From the NCBI GenBank assembly GCA_963717145.1, contig OY970325.1:3296001-3360000 (forward strand): a DNA stretch of 64,000 bases. Reading direction: 5' to 3'. Of the stretch, positions 42,077 to 52,151 are shown in pieces. This stretch comes from an uncultured Armatimonadetes bacterium (lineage in GTDB: Bacteria; Armatimonadota; UBA5829; DTJY01). The notes beneath the pieces were generated by a model. That model worked only from the letters and a program-made list of their open reading frames with translations, made no database searches and was not told the DNA's origin. A program made the position numbers and the translations under genes. Within the stretch, counting starts at the first letter, position 1, and each line of letters begins with the position of its first letter.

Positions 42077-43827
42077 TACTTCTCCCAGTACCGATAGTTG
42101 AACCGGCCGTTCGGGGCCGCGTCGCCGTTGACGGTGAACTCCATGATGTCGCCGTCCGCCTGCATGTTGTCCGCCCACTTGAACTCGAAGTCGAGTGGCT
42201 TCTTCAGGTCATCGAGGCCGAGCGCGGATCGGGGGATCGCCATCTCGAGCTGGTTGCCGGAACAAGCATAGGTCACATCCGTCACATGCGTCCCATCGGT
42301 CCCATTCTGTAATGTCGTCGTCTTCGAGTCGATGACCCGCCGGTTCACGACGAAGTCGTAGCCCTCCCAGCCCGACTGACGGTCGCGGTCGGTGTTGATG
42401 AAGAGCATCATCCAGCGCGGATCGGTGTGCGGCGTGATCGGCTCGCGGGTCTGCGCGTAGAAGTAGATGTATTTCGTGTCGTGCGCGACCTTCAGGAGCG
42501 TGAAATCGTTTCGCCCGGTGTCGTTCGTGTAGCGGCCGATGTCATCGTAAGCCGGGATGGTCGCGGTGCATCGTGTCGCCGATCTCGTCGCGGAACTCGG
42601 GCTTGACGTCGACTTCCAGTCGTCGAAGCCCGCCGTCGATCCTGATCGTCTTCTTCGGACCGGCGACCGGCATCTCGCGAGCGCCCTTGAACCGGCGGAT
42701 GTAGTCCACCATCTGGTAGTAGTAGTCGTCCGAGTGGCCGCCCTTCATCGGCTCGATGTCGCGGCTGTACTCCTGGGTGAACTGATCCACGAACATGACC
42801 GGCTCGCGCTCGCCCGCGAACTCATCGAACCGCATGGCGATCCACTCGTTCCAGCCGGTGATGAAGATGAACTCGGGATCGACCTCCAGCGCGCGCTTCC
42901 ACTGCTCGGCGACGTTGAGGCCGAGGTTGACCGCGCCCGGCCGCTCGTCCTTCTTGCCATCGTGCCAGCTCCGCCCGTAGGTGTTCGGGCACGCTGAACG
43001 CAGAGAGCCGTCCGTCGTGCCCGTTCTGGCCGACGCCGACGACCATCTGCTCCGGCTTGCTTGTTCTGCGTCATAGAAGACGTGCTGCGGATGGATCTCC
43101 AGCCAGCCCCACTCGTTCGGGCCGCTCGGGCCCACGAAGTAGCTCGGCTGGGGCTTGCGGAAGGTGAAGAAGTCCTGGTACTGCGGCTCGACCTTGTCCT
43201 GGTACGGCGAGGATGAGCGGCTTGCCTTTCCACTGGAACCAGAGGTCCTTGTAGAGGCCCGGGCCGTAGAGGTCCTCGTATAACTCGGCGACGACTCTCG
43301 GCGGATCCCAGAACGGCGTCAGGAATGCGATCTGCGGCGTGCGCCCTCCGTCCTTCCGCACTTCTGAGAAGACGCCGCACAGCTCCATGTAGCACTTCTT
43401 GTACGTGGCCTGGTTGGTCACGTCGAAGATCACGACGTCGACACCGGCGTCGGCGAGCATCTGAGCGTGCTTGCGGAGCACCCAGGCGTCGTCGGAGAGG
43501 TAGTAGCCGAGGAGCGGCTCGCCCCAGTGGTGAAACTTGTGCATCGGACCCCACGGCGGGCTCGACGGGCTTCTTCATCGCGTCGGGGTTGGCCGCGAGG
43601 ATCTTCGTGATGTCGTATGGGCCGTCGGTCCCGTGCTGGCCCATCCAGAGGAAGTAGAAGATGCCGACGAACTTGCCGTCCCGTGGCCCGCCGACCTCCT
43701 CGTGCGTGGAGACCTTCCGCCCAAGGCCATCCGTCGCGACCCACGTGTCCGGCTGCCGGTCCCAGTCCGCCGACTGAGCGACGGATGCCACTATCAATAC
43801 GATTGCCAACAACATGAGCCAGTGCAT
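42076..43827 (-). CDS. Secreted glycoside hydrolase-like protein (several frameshifts)
   Basis: Signal peptide; TWVATDGLGR, VGIFYFLW, HHWGEP..GYY, ADAGVD..IFDVTN, FITGWNEW, YSRDIEPM, FKWADN, GDAAPNGRFNY over several frames. Confidence 0.75.
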
Positions 43828-43913
43828 GATTCGCTCCTGACGTTAAAGCGTCAGTCTGGCCGCTAAGCATGCTGAAGCAAGCTCTTCATGGCAGCTTGCT
43901 TCAGCATGCTTAT

Positions 43914-44105
43914 TCAGCTAGACTCGCCATTGATGGTGAGGGCGTGGCGACGCATCGATTCCAGATATCCATCGATGGCGTCTTGGATATTCGCCAACGC
44001 CTCCTCGCGTGTCTCGCCTTCGCTTATGCAGCCTGGGAGCGCCGGGACCGTCGCCACGAAGCCTCCCTCTTCAGCCGCCTGTAGAATCACCTTATACTCG
44101 CTCAT
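43914..44105 (-). CDS. HicB-family antitoxin-like protein (solo)
   Basis: EEGGFVATVPALPGCISEGETREEALANIQDAI. Confidence 0.85.
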   Translation of the reverse strand: MSEYKVILQAAEEGGFVATVPALPGCISEGETREEALANIQDAIDGYLESMRRHALTINGESS

Positions 44106-44120
44106 CCCAACACCCAACAC

Positions 44121-45353
44121 CTAACCCCCGCTCATCAAGTACACGCCGCCGGACATCAGAGTCGCAGGGGCGTTCTCCAGCACCACGGTCGAGCCATCCT
44201 CGGCGGAGACCACGAAGTGCCCCTTGACCTCTTTGTCCCTCGGCACGTTGATGATCGCCCGATCCGGTCCGAGCGAACCTGCCACCTCGTACCGGGCGCC
44301 GTCCTCGTCCGCGATGAAGACCACCTTCTTCTGCAGCCATCGAGCAAACAGCCGGTTGCGGTTCAGCCCACCGACCTCGCCCGCGCCGTAGACGAACCCG
44401 AGCAGCCGGTCGCCCTTCGTGACCCATCCGATCGCGACGATGTACTTGTCCGCCGCGCCCTGGTTAGTGATCATCTCCTGCGCCGGGCTGAAAGCCATGC
44501 CATCGGTCGAGAGAGCGTACCAGAGCTTCTGGGTGTTCATATGGAGGCCCATCAGGTACGTCGGTTTGCCGTCAATGACGAACTTCTTCACGTCATTCAC
44601 GACCGCGCCGACCTCGAGCGACTTGCCCTCGAACTTGTAGTTCTTGCCGTCGGTCGAGGTCGCCCGATAGACCCTGCCGAAATCCTTGAAATTGTTGAAA
44701 TAGAGGCGAAATACGCCGTCCTCGTAGAAGATGGTGTTCATGCCATTGATATCGGCGTCGGCGTACTTCTCGTAGCCGTCGATCGCGATGATGTCGCTCA
44801 TCTGCGCGGGATAGGGCGCTTTGGTCCCATTCCAAACGATCCCGTCCGGACTTGAGAACGTGCCCGGCTTGTTGCGGTCGTTCTTGTCGGGGTAGACGGT
44901 ACACATCAGCCGAAACGATCCATCGGGCAGCCGGACCGCGCTCACGTTGCAGCAGTGGATGAAGTCACCGTGGTCGATCACGAGTTGATGATTGTCGAAG
45001 TCGAGGAAACCCTTCGTTTCGACGGAGTAGATGCGGTCGTTGCCGGTCTGAACTCCGTCCCACGCGCCGTAGAAAAGCCGCCATCCCTCTGGGGTCTCGA
45101 CCGCCGCCGGAGCGTAGATGTTGCGCATGAGGCCGCTCTTCCGGGGCGCGATCATCGGGTAGCGCACATCCGGCACGATGTTGAGCGTGCCGGCCTTCCA
45201 AAGGTCGGGGTCGAACTGCCCCGCGCTTAGGCCGAGTACCTCGACCGTCCCGAGTTCCGCCTGCCCGTCAATCTGTCGCATCGAAGGAGCCGCCATGCAC
45301 ATCACCCCCATCATGAGAATCAACACGCTTATGCTGATGAACCTGAGCATCAT
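44121..45353 (-). CDS. Secreted beta-propeller glycoside hydrolase-like protein
   Basis: Signal peptide; NIYAP, WRLFY, repeated S.DG..W/F Asp-box-like motifs. Confidence 0.6.
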   Translation of the reverse strand: MMLRFISISVLILMMGVMCMAAPSMRQIDGQAELGTVEVLGLSAGQFDPDLWKAGTLNIVPDVRYPMIAPRKSGLMRNIYAPAAVETPEGWRLFYGAWDGVQTGNDRIYSVETKGFLDFDNHQLVIDHGDFIHCCNVSAVRLPDGSFRLMCTVYPDKNDRNKPGTFSSPDGIVWNGTKAPYPAQMSDIIAIDGYEKYADADINGMNTIFYEDGVFRLYFNNFKDFGRVYRATSTDGKNYKFEGKSLEVGAVVNDVKKFVIDGKPTYLMGLHMNTQKLWYALSTDGMAFSPAQEMITNQGAADKYIVAIGWVTKGDRLLGFVYGAGEVGGLNRNRLFARWLQKKVVFIADEDGARYEVAGSLGPDRAIINVPRDKEVKGHFVVSAEDGSTVVLENAPATLMSGGVYLMSGG

Positions 45354-45377
45354 TCCGTCCCTCCTCACGTCGTTCGT

Positions 45378-45490
45378 GCTGGAGTTGTACTCCAGCACGC
45401 AGCACTGAGTATGGGGTTGTACCCCATCTGCCAGCACTGTCGGGAGTACAACTCCCGCTCCAGTTGGGCGTACCGGAGTACAACTCCGGT
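45378..45490. repeat. Cluster of short GGAGTTGTACTCC/GGAGTACAACTCC palindromes
   Basis: Four related hairpins, same core as 14822-14927. Confidence 0.75.
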
Positions 45491-45518
45491 ACGAACAGGA
45501 AGGCGTCCGAGCATCGAA

Positions 45519-46079
45519 TTATCCTCCAGTATCCAGTGTCAGATGACCGGTATCCGGTATCAGCTTCTTCACGAGGCAGTTCACGATCTCGCCGACGTAG
45601 AGGCGGTGGTAGTCCTTCTCCGGATACCACTGCTCATCGAGCAGCGGATCGAGGAAATTCGCCGGATCGAGGTCCTGGTAGTAGATCTTCCGGCATTCGA
45701 GCACCATCCTGGCTTCTGCGAAAGACGTCGTGCCCTCGAGCATCCCCGGGATCGGTGTCAGTCCTGACTCGGCGACCTTGTCTCCGTCCCTCCCCGATTT
45801 CTGGCCGAGGAGTTGGAGCGCGCGCTTGTACTTATTGTCGAAGAAGGCACACGTGAAGGTGTCGTTCTTCTCCAGGAATTCATACGTGTATCTGACCGGC
45901 CTGACGACGATGCTGACAACGTCCTTGTTCCACAGCACGCCGAGTCCGCCCCAGCCCGCGGTCATGGTGTTATACGACTCCATTGGCCCGGCGGTGACGA
46001 GAAACCAGTCCTTGACTATCAGGCTAAACGGATTGAACTGCAGTTCCTTGGGGTTCATCTGGCGGAAATCCGACTCCAT
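45519..46079 (-). CDS. Flavin reductase-like (flavoredoxin) protein
   Basis: LVTAG, NTMTAGWG, VRPVRYT, G.KSGRDGDK, LECRK.Y, H.LYVGEI. Confidence 0.9.
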   Translation of the reverse strand: MESDFRQMNPKELQFNPFSLIVKDWFLVTAGPMESYNTMTAGWGGLGVLWNKDVVSIVVRPVRYTYEFLEKNDTFTCAFFDNKYKRALQLLGQKSGRDGDKVAESGLTPIPGMLEGTTSFAEARMVLECRKIYYQDLDPANFLDPLLDEQWYPEKDYHRLYVGEIVNCLVKKLIPDTGHLTLDTGG

Positions 46080-46155
46080 GGCGTACCTCCTGGTGGACGG
46101 TAATCAGTGAACGGTGAACAGTATACCAGTTTGATGGCGAGTCGGCTAGTCTGCG

Positions 46156-47513
46156 AATTGCTTCACGAACGATGTTACCGAAACGGAAACGTTGCCTCAG
46201 ATAAGAATGTTACCGAAACTGAGGCATGGAGAAGATGACAACTGCATCCGTAAGAGAAGTCGTGAGGCGCAAACGCAAAGAATATGGCAAAGCCACCAAA
46301 TCGGAGAAGAAGCTGGTATTGAGTGAAGTCCAGGGATTGACCGGTTACCACAGGAAGTCGCTGGTGAGGCTGTTCGCGAAAGGAGTTCCACCAGCGAGGA
46401 GTCCAGTGAGACGCGCAAGGAAGTCGAAATACGAGCCGATAGCCCACAAGCTGAAGACACTCTGGGCTGCGAGTTTCTACGCGTGCGGTAAGCGTCTGCA
46501 GCCGTTTCTGACTGAGTTTCTACCCATACTGGAGTCATTCGGGGAGATAACGGTTACACCAGAAGAAGAGAGGCTGCTTAACTCGATCAGCGCGTCGAGC
46601 ATCGACAGGTTGATGAAGAAGGAGCGGTCTGCCCTATCGCTAACAGGGAGGACCTTAACAAAGCCGGGGACACTGCTTCGGTCTCAGATCCCGGTGAGGA
46701 CGTTTGCCGACTGGGATGAAGCTGAGCCTGGGTTCTTCGAGATGGACTTGGTGGGTCATTGCGGAGGTGACGGGAGCGGAGAGTTCCTGTATACTTTGAC
46801 TATGACTGATGTAGCGACCGGATGGGTAGCGCTTGATGGAATGAAAGGCCGAGGGGAGCACGGAACCGTGCTTGCGGTGCAGTCCGCGTCCAAGAGCGCA
46901 CCGTTTGCAGTCAGAGGCATAGATACCGACAACGGCGGCGAGTTCATCAACCATCACATGAACAAGTACTGTCGAGCGCACAGGATCACGTTTACGCGCA
47001 GTCGGCCTTACAAGAAGAACGATCAATGTCATGTAGAGCAGAAGAACTGGAGCGTAGTCCGGCAGTTTATAGGTTACCGGCGATTCGAGACGGACGAGCA
47101 GCTTGCGGTACTAAAGGCGATATATCCGCTGATCGTGGCGTATCACAACTTCTGTCAGCCCATGATGCGTCTTAAAGAAAAGGAGCGGATTGGGAGTAAA
47201 GTGATCAAACGCTATGAGCCTGCGATGACGCCGTACCGCAAGCTGATAAGTGTTGAAGGATGGCTTGACGATGAAGCAAAGGATCGCCTCGATAAAGAAC
47301 GTAGAGCGACGAACCCGGTGGAGCTACTAAGACGCATCCACAGGCTATCATCAAAGCTTGACAGGATGCCGAATAAAGACAGATCGAAAGCGAGCAAGGC
47401 GCGGCCCTGAGCGGCGATCAAGAGCCGATCTGACATACTTGAACACACTACTTGGTAACATTATCAATGACGCAACGAATGGCGTTTCGGTAACAAAGTT
47501 AAATGAGGCAACA
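46156..47513 (+). mobile_element. Insertion sequence (DDE/rve integrase-core; ISNCY/IS481-like)
   Basis: Lower GC; each end has two inverted copies of TTGCCTCA-N7/8-TGTTACC; right end reads ...GAGGCAACA; left boundary approximate. Confidence 0.85.
46226..47410 (+). CDS. DDE transposase
   Basis: PGFFEMDLVGHCG, DTDNGGEFIN, FTRSRPYKKNDQCHVEQKN, TPYRKL. Confidence 0.93.
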   Translation: MEKMTTASVREVVRRKRKEYGKATKSEKKLVLSEVQGLTGYHRKSLVRLFAKGVPPARSPVRRARKSKYEPIAHKLKTLWAASFYACGKRLQPFLTEFLPILESFGEITVTPEEERLLNSISASSIDRLMKKERSALSLTGRTLTKPGTLLRSQIPVRTFADWDEAEPGFFEMDLVGHCGGDGSGEFLYTLTMTDVATGWVALDGMKGRGEHGTVLAVQSASKSAPFAVRGIDTDNGGEFINHHMNKYCRAHRITFTRSRPYKKNDQCHVEQKNWSVVRQFIGYRRFETDEQLAVLKAIYPLIVAYHNFCQPMMRLKEKERIGSKVIKRYEPAMTPYRKLISVEGWLDDEAKDRLDKERRATNPVELLRRIHRLSSKLDRMPNKDRSKASKARP

Positions 47514-47669
47514 CGGTCTGCGCCCCTCCTTACGAAGGAGGGGCCGGCCAGCAGGCCGGGGGAGGTTCGCCTCGGCGTTCTTGGCGTCTTGGCGGTTCCT
47601 ACTCCGGGTGTACGCCAGGCACAGACCCCCTCGGCCCAGAGGCCGGTCCCCCTTCGCAAGGGGGACATC

Positions 47670-48173
47670 TCACGCGCTGCTCATCTTCTCGAGCCGTAGT
47701 ATGTTGTTTCGGCAGACCCAGAGCGGGATGATGCCGAAGACCCCGAACGAGCAGTCGATCAGCCGCCAGTAGATCGGGATGCCGCGGATCGGCCCGCAGA
47801 TGAACGCGAGCGGGATCACCAGCGCGCAGGCGATCATCCCCCACTCCACAATCCACTTGTTGCGGACGGGATCCCTCAGCGCGCCGATGAACGCCAGCCC
47901 GATGACGATGTGCCCGAACGCGAGCCAGTCCGTGCCGTATGCCATGAAGGGGAATCGCGCGTTGGTGTCGATGAGGCCCTCACGGACCTTGAGTATCCAG
48001 TGGAGCAAGCCGGTCGCATCGCCGGGGGTCATGGAGTCGCTCGCGCCCATGAATCGCGCGAGCGTGCGGACCTCCCACTCCAAAGGGAAGGCCGTAAGCC
48101 CGCTCATCACCAACCCGACGATGAAGATGACCAGGAGGAATTTGATTCGTCGCCTCAGGATGCGCTCGCCCAT
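47670..48173 (-). CDS. Hypothetical membrane protein
   Basis: About four TM segments; YGTDWLAFGH, RDPVRNKW, IDCSFGVFG. Confidence 0.75.
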   Translation of the reverse strand: MGERILRRRIKFLLVIFIVGLVMSGLTAFPLEWEVRTLARFMGASDSMTPGDATGLLHWILKVREGLIDTNARFPFMAYGTDWLAFGHIVIGLAFIGALRDPVRNKWIVEWGMIACALVIPLAFICGPIRGIPIYWRLIDCSFGVFGIIPLWVCRNNILRLEKMSSA

Positions 48174-48206
48174 GGGAGGAGACTTCGCTTCCGCGCGCCG
48201 CGGCGA

Positions 48207-48713
48207 CTACTGCTCCGGGGGCGTGGTGACGCTAACGTCGATCTTCGTCGGGATGCCGGCCTTCCCCTCAATCAGGAGCAGGTCCGACTTCTTCCCTGCG
48301 GTCCGGTAGAAGCCGCTCATTCGCGATCCCTTGGCCCGGGTTTCCTTACTCTCCTTGTAGCCCAGGAGTGACTCCCTGTAGAAACCCATCACCTTATCGA
48401 AGCTGTCCGGGGTCGTCAGGCTGGCCACCACGACCTTGTTACCTTTCCCGTCACCGCCGACCTTGAAGCTCTTCTGCTTGGCGCCGGGGTAGATCGGCAT
48501 GCCGAGCTGATCTTGCAGGATATCTCTGAACTCCGGAGGCTTCTCGTCCTTGCCGGCGTTCGCGCCTGGTGGAGGAGGCGACTTCCCCTCGGCGGGCGGC
48601 GGCGTTTCCGGCTGGGTAGTGACGACGGTAGTCGTCTGCCTCTTCGCGCACCCGGGGATGAAGGCTGTTAGCGCCAGAAGGCACACTATACATGCTACGC
48701 TGAAATATCTCAT
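48207..48713 (-). CDS. Hypothetical lipoprotein
   Basis: Signal with IPG/C, Pro/Thr-rich linker, PIYPGA and TPDSFDKV..FY. Confidence 0.7.
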   Translation of the reverse strand: MRYFSVACIVCLLALTAFIPGCAKRQTTTVVTTQPETPPPAEGKSPPPPGANAGKDEKPPEFRDILQDQLGMPIYPGAKQKSFKVGGDGKGNKVVVASLTTPDSFDKVMGFYRESLLGYKESKETRAKGSRMSGFYRTAGKKSDLLLIEGKAGIPTKIDVSVTTPPEQ

Positions 48714-48757
48714 TGGTTTCTCCTCTTCGGCGCCGCATAGGACGTATGCGCCGCTGT

Positions 48758-50566
48758 CTATTCCCGGTACTTATTCGTGATCGGCAGGCGTCTATCCTTG
48801 CCGAACGCTTTCGGGGTGATCTTCACGCCCGGAGGGGCCTGCCGTCGCTTGTATTCATTCCGGTCCACCATCCGGACCACGCGCTCGACTATCGGACGGT
48901 CGTACCCGAGCGCCACGATCTCCTCGACACTCCGATCCTCCTCTACATACGCATGAAGCATAGGATCGAGCACCTCGTAGGGCGGGAGTGTGTCGACATC
49001 TTTCTGATCGGGACGAAGCTCGGCGGACGGGGGGCGCACGATTATGCTCGCAGGGATGACATCACCCAGCGTGTTCCGGTAGTCCGAGAGTTCGTACACG
49101 AGCGTCTTCGGCACGTCCTTCAGGATGTTGAACCCGCCGGCCATGTCGCCATAGAGCGTGCTGTATCCGACCGCGATCTCGCTCTTGTTGCCGGTCGTGA
49201 TCACGAGCCAGCCGAACTTGTTGGAGAGCGCCATCAGGATGTTCCCGCGCGCCCTCGCTTGGAGGTTCTCCTCGGCGACTCCCTGCTCGGAGCCTTTGAA
49301 CGCATCGGCAAGCGTCTCCAGGTACGCCTCGAAAACCTGCTCGATGGGAATCCAGTAGTGTAGGATACCGAGTCCCTCGGACATCTTGACCGCATCGCTC
49401 TGGGTCGCCTCGGACGAGAACTGCGAGGGCATCACGACCGCCACCACCCGGTCCTTGCCGAGCGCATCGGCGGCGATCACGGCGGTCAGCGCCGAGTCGA
49501 TCCCACCGCTCATGCCGAGGACTACTCGCCGGAATCCGTTCTTCTCGACGTAGTCCCGCGTGCCGAGGATCAGCGCCTTGTAGATCTCCTCCAGCCGTCC
49601 CGGCGGCTCTGTCAGGCACGATGGGAGCGCCGGCCGTTCCGCGCCGCCGGAACGCTGTAGGGGCGTGCCTTGTGCCGCCTGCACCTGTGTGTCGGGCGGC
49701 ACAAGGCACGCCCCTACAGCGTTCGGGTGAGGCGGAATTTGCACGCGCTCGACGGTCACATCGCCGGTGCATGAGAAAACCTTATCCTGGCGGAGGCGCG
49801 CATTCGCCCGCCGCTGATGGCGCACTTCCGTCGGATCGAGATCGACCAGCACGAGCGACTCCTCGCATGAGGGTCCGCGGCAGATGATCCGTCCGTCCGG
49901 GCCGAAAACCATCGAATGGCCGTCGAACACAAGCTCGTCCTGGCCGCCGATGAGGTTGCCATAGACGAAAAAGCAGATGTTGTCGGATGCCCGCGTGGCG
50001 AGCATCTCCTCGCGGAACTTCCACTTGCCCGCATGGAACGGGGAGGAGTTGATAACGAGGATGATCTCCGCGTCGCCGAGGAGCGCCTGATATCTGTGCG
50101 GGCCGTCGGGGAACCAGCTATCCTCGCAGATCTCGACGCCGAAGACGGTCCCGCATGCCTCGAAGACCTTCAGGTCGCTGCCGGTCTTGAAGTAGCGCTC
50201 CTCATCGAAGACGCCGTAGTTCGGAAGGTGGACCTTCCGGTGGACGCCCATCAGCTCGCCGTCCGAGATGATCGCCGCGGAGTTGAAGAGGCCGTCGTCC
50301 TGCTCGACGAACCCGACGACCGAGATGATCCCCTTCGACGCCTCGATGACCCGATCGAGGCATTCCATGTTCCGTCGGACGAACCCGTTCTTGAGCAGCA
50401 GGTCCTCCGGCGGGTAACCGGTGATCGACAGCTCGGGAAACGTGACGATGTCCGCGCCGGCGTCCTTCGCCCGACCGATGTAGTCGATGATCTCTAAGGT
50501 ATTGCCATCCAGATCGCCGACCGTCGTGTCGATCTGGGCGATGGCGATCCTCACCGGCGTCTCCAT
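48758..50566 (-). CDS. nadE: Glutamine-dependent NAD+ synthetase
   Basis: Nitrilase-like domain (FPEL..GYPPEDL, K.HLPNYGVFDE, EICED) plus SGGIDS, ENLQAR, TGNKSE, PSAELRPDQ. Confidence 0.96.
   Translation of the reverse strand: METPVRIAIAQIDTTVGDLDGNTLEIIDYIGRAKDAGADIVTFPELSITGYPPEDLLLKNGFVRRNMECLDRVIEASKGIISVVGFVEQDDGLFNSAAIISDGELMGVHRKVHLPNYGVFDEERYFKTGSDLKVFEACGTVFGVEICEDSWFPDGPHRYQALLGDAEIILVINSSPFHAGKWKFREEMLATRASDNICFFVYGNLIGGQDELVFDGHSMVFGPDGRIICRGPSCEESLVLVDLDPTEVRHQRRANARLRQDKVFSCTGDVTVERVQIPPHPNAVGACLVPPDTQVQAAQGTPLQRSGGAERPALPSCLTEPPGRLEEIYKALILGTRDYVEKNGFRRVVLGMSGGIDSALTAVIAADALGKDRVVAVVMPSQFSSEATQSDAVKMSEGLGILHYWIPIEQVFEAYLETLADAFKGSEQGVAEENLQARARGNILMALSNKFGWLVITTGNKSEIAVGYSTLYGDMAGGFNILKDVPKTLVYELSDYRNTLGDVIPASIIVRPPSAELRPDQKDVDTLPPYEVLDPMLHAYVEEDRSVEEIVALGYDRPIVERVVRMVDRNEYKRRQAPPGVKITPKAFGKDRRLPITNKYRE
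49656..49718. repeat. 63-bp REPIN inside the nadE interdomain linker
   Basis: Same 24-bp arms as 24509-24571; encodes VGACLVPPDTQVQAAQGTPLQ. Confidence 0.92.
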
Positions 50567-50645
50567 GGAATCCCTCCGGCATGAGTATACCTTCAGAAGG
50601 GGCAGTTGTTCAAGTGAGGGATGATGCTGAATGTCCAGGAACCGA

Positions 50646-50750
50646 CAGCCCTGAGTGTGCCGGTGAATGACGGCATGTATCGAAGGGCGGCCTCATGCGC
50701 CAAGAACGCCCTTCGATACATGCCGTCATTCACCGGCACACTCAGGGCTG
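50646..50750. repeat. Perfect inverted repeat (44-bp arms), CCTGAGTG-hairpin-TGTATCGAAGG family
   Basis: Arms 50646-50689 and 50707-50750. Confidence 0.9.
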
Positions 50751-50757
50751 GACGGTG

Positions 50758-51573
50758 CTATTCCTGGGTCTTCGCATCCTTCGCGCTGCCGTCGGAGACC
50801 GGCTTGAGGGAGAGCACCGGGCGGAGGATGCCGCACATCCCGTAGGCGAAGTCCGCCTTGCCGTCGTGGAACGCCGCATCGTAGTCCGGCTTGCTGCCCG
50901 GGAGCGACTCGATCCGCTGCTGGGAGACCTGACCCCAATGGAGCGGGCCCTGTGCGACCGCATCGGCAAACTTCGGCTTGATCGCCTCCATCGCCGAGAG
51001 ATGCACCTTAGTGAACCGCTTCAGTTCGGCGAAGTATGCCTTCCGGTCGGTCTCCCACAGCTTCATCAGACCCATGTACGCCTTCACCGCCGCGTCCCGG
51101 CGTTCGAGCGCGCCGTCGAGGCCCTTCGCCTTCGCGAGGCCGACCAGCCGCGTAAACTCGGCCGGATTGTCATCGACCGCCTTACCGAAGTAGATCCGCG
51201 CATCCCCACGTTCGGCGAGTCCCGCGTTGCCCATGACCGCCAGAATGACGAGGTGATCGGTGGTGATGATCCGATGCAGGGTGCATGGCGGAAACTGAAG
51301 GTACTGGCCCGGCTTCAACTCGACGGTCCGCAGGCCGTGCTCCACATCGTGCAGTTCGACCCTTCCAGTCCCGCTGAGGATGTAGTACGCCTCGTCGGTG
51401 ATCGCGTGGACGTGCGGCGATCCGGAGTTCAGGCCGTCGGGAGCGGGCCGCTGGTCATAGACGGTCAGATGTGTCAGCCCCACCCCGCCGATGATCCCGG
51501 CGGACGCATCCGCCGCCAAGGCAGGCGTGAGCAGAACTGAAAGCATGAGCAGTGCTATCAAGTGTATTCTCAT
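50758..51573 (-). CDS. Cupin-domain protein with signal peptide
   Basis: GSPHVH...EAYYILSGTG, FPPCTLHR. Confidence 0.8.
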   Translation of the reverse strand: MRIHLIALLMLSVLLTPALAADASAGIIGGVGLTHLTVYDQRPAPDGLNSGSPHVHAITDEAYYILSGTGRVELHDVEHGLRTVELKPGQYLQFPPCTLHRIITTDHLVILAVMGNAGLAERGDARIYFGKAVDDNPAEFTRLVGLAKAKGLDGALERRDAAVKAYMGLMKLWETDRKAYFAELKRFTKVHLSAMEAIKPKFADAVAQGPLHWGQVSQQRIESLPGSKPDYDAAFHDGKADFAYGMCGILRPVLSLKPVSDGSAKDAKTQE

Positions 51574-51610
51574 GTGTCCTCTTGTCTCCTTGTGCTTGGG
51601 TATGCTAGGC

Positions 51611-51940
51611 TCAGGGAGCGGCCGATCTCAAGCTGTGGTCCGTCTCGATTGTCCAGTCTTGCATGATCTGGATCGCAGCCCCAACCTTGTGTTCGATCTC
51701 CGGGTCCGACTCGGCCCGGACGACGATCACGTCTCCCTCAGGTTCCCAAGACAACCACATCTTCAGGGTATGCACGCCGCTGAACTCGTACTCGAAGCGC
51801 TCATCTAGCTCGACACTCGTCTTCTTGATGCCATAGAAAACTGCTGTCCAGTCCGACTCGTCGAAGTCATAGCCGGCGAAACCAGCGCATGCCTTCAGGA
51901 AAGGATAGATATTGCCAGCACCGATCATGTCTCCGACCAT
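51611..51940 (-). CDS. Small acidic hypothetical protein
   Basis: Coding-like ORF (GYDFDESDW.A..); start uncertain. Confidence 0.55.
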   Translation of the reverse strand: MVGDMIGAGNIYPFLKACAGFAGYDFDESDWTAVFYGIKKTSVELDERFEYEFSGVHTLKMWLSWEPEGDVIVVRAESDPEIEHKVGAAIQIMQDWTIETDHSLRSAAP

Positions 51941-52151
51941 CTCTCGTACTCCCACTCTCCCATTCGCCCACTCGTGCGCTTCTCCCTCCATTGACCCCTG
52001 TTCCCCGGAAGTGCTATCCTCTGCGAAACGGGTACAACCAATCGTTGGTATGGAGCGCAGTCGTCATGCTGAACTTGGTTCAGCATCCAGCGACGTGGTG
52101 GATGCTGAATCAAGTTCAGCATGACGATCACGCTCCAAAGGGAGAGACATC

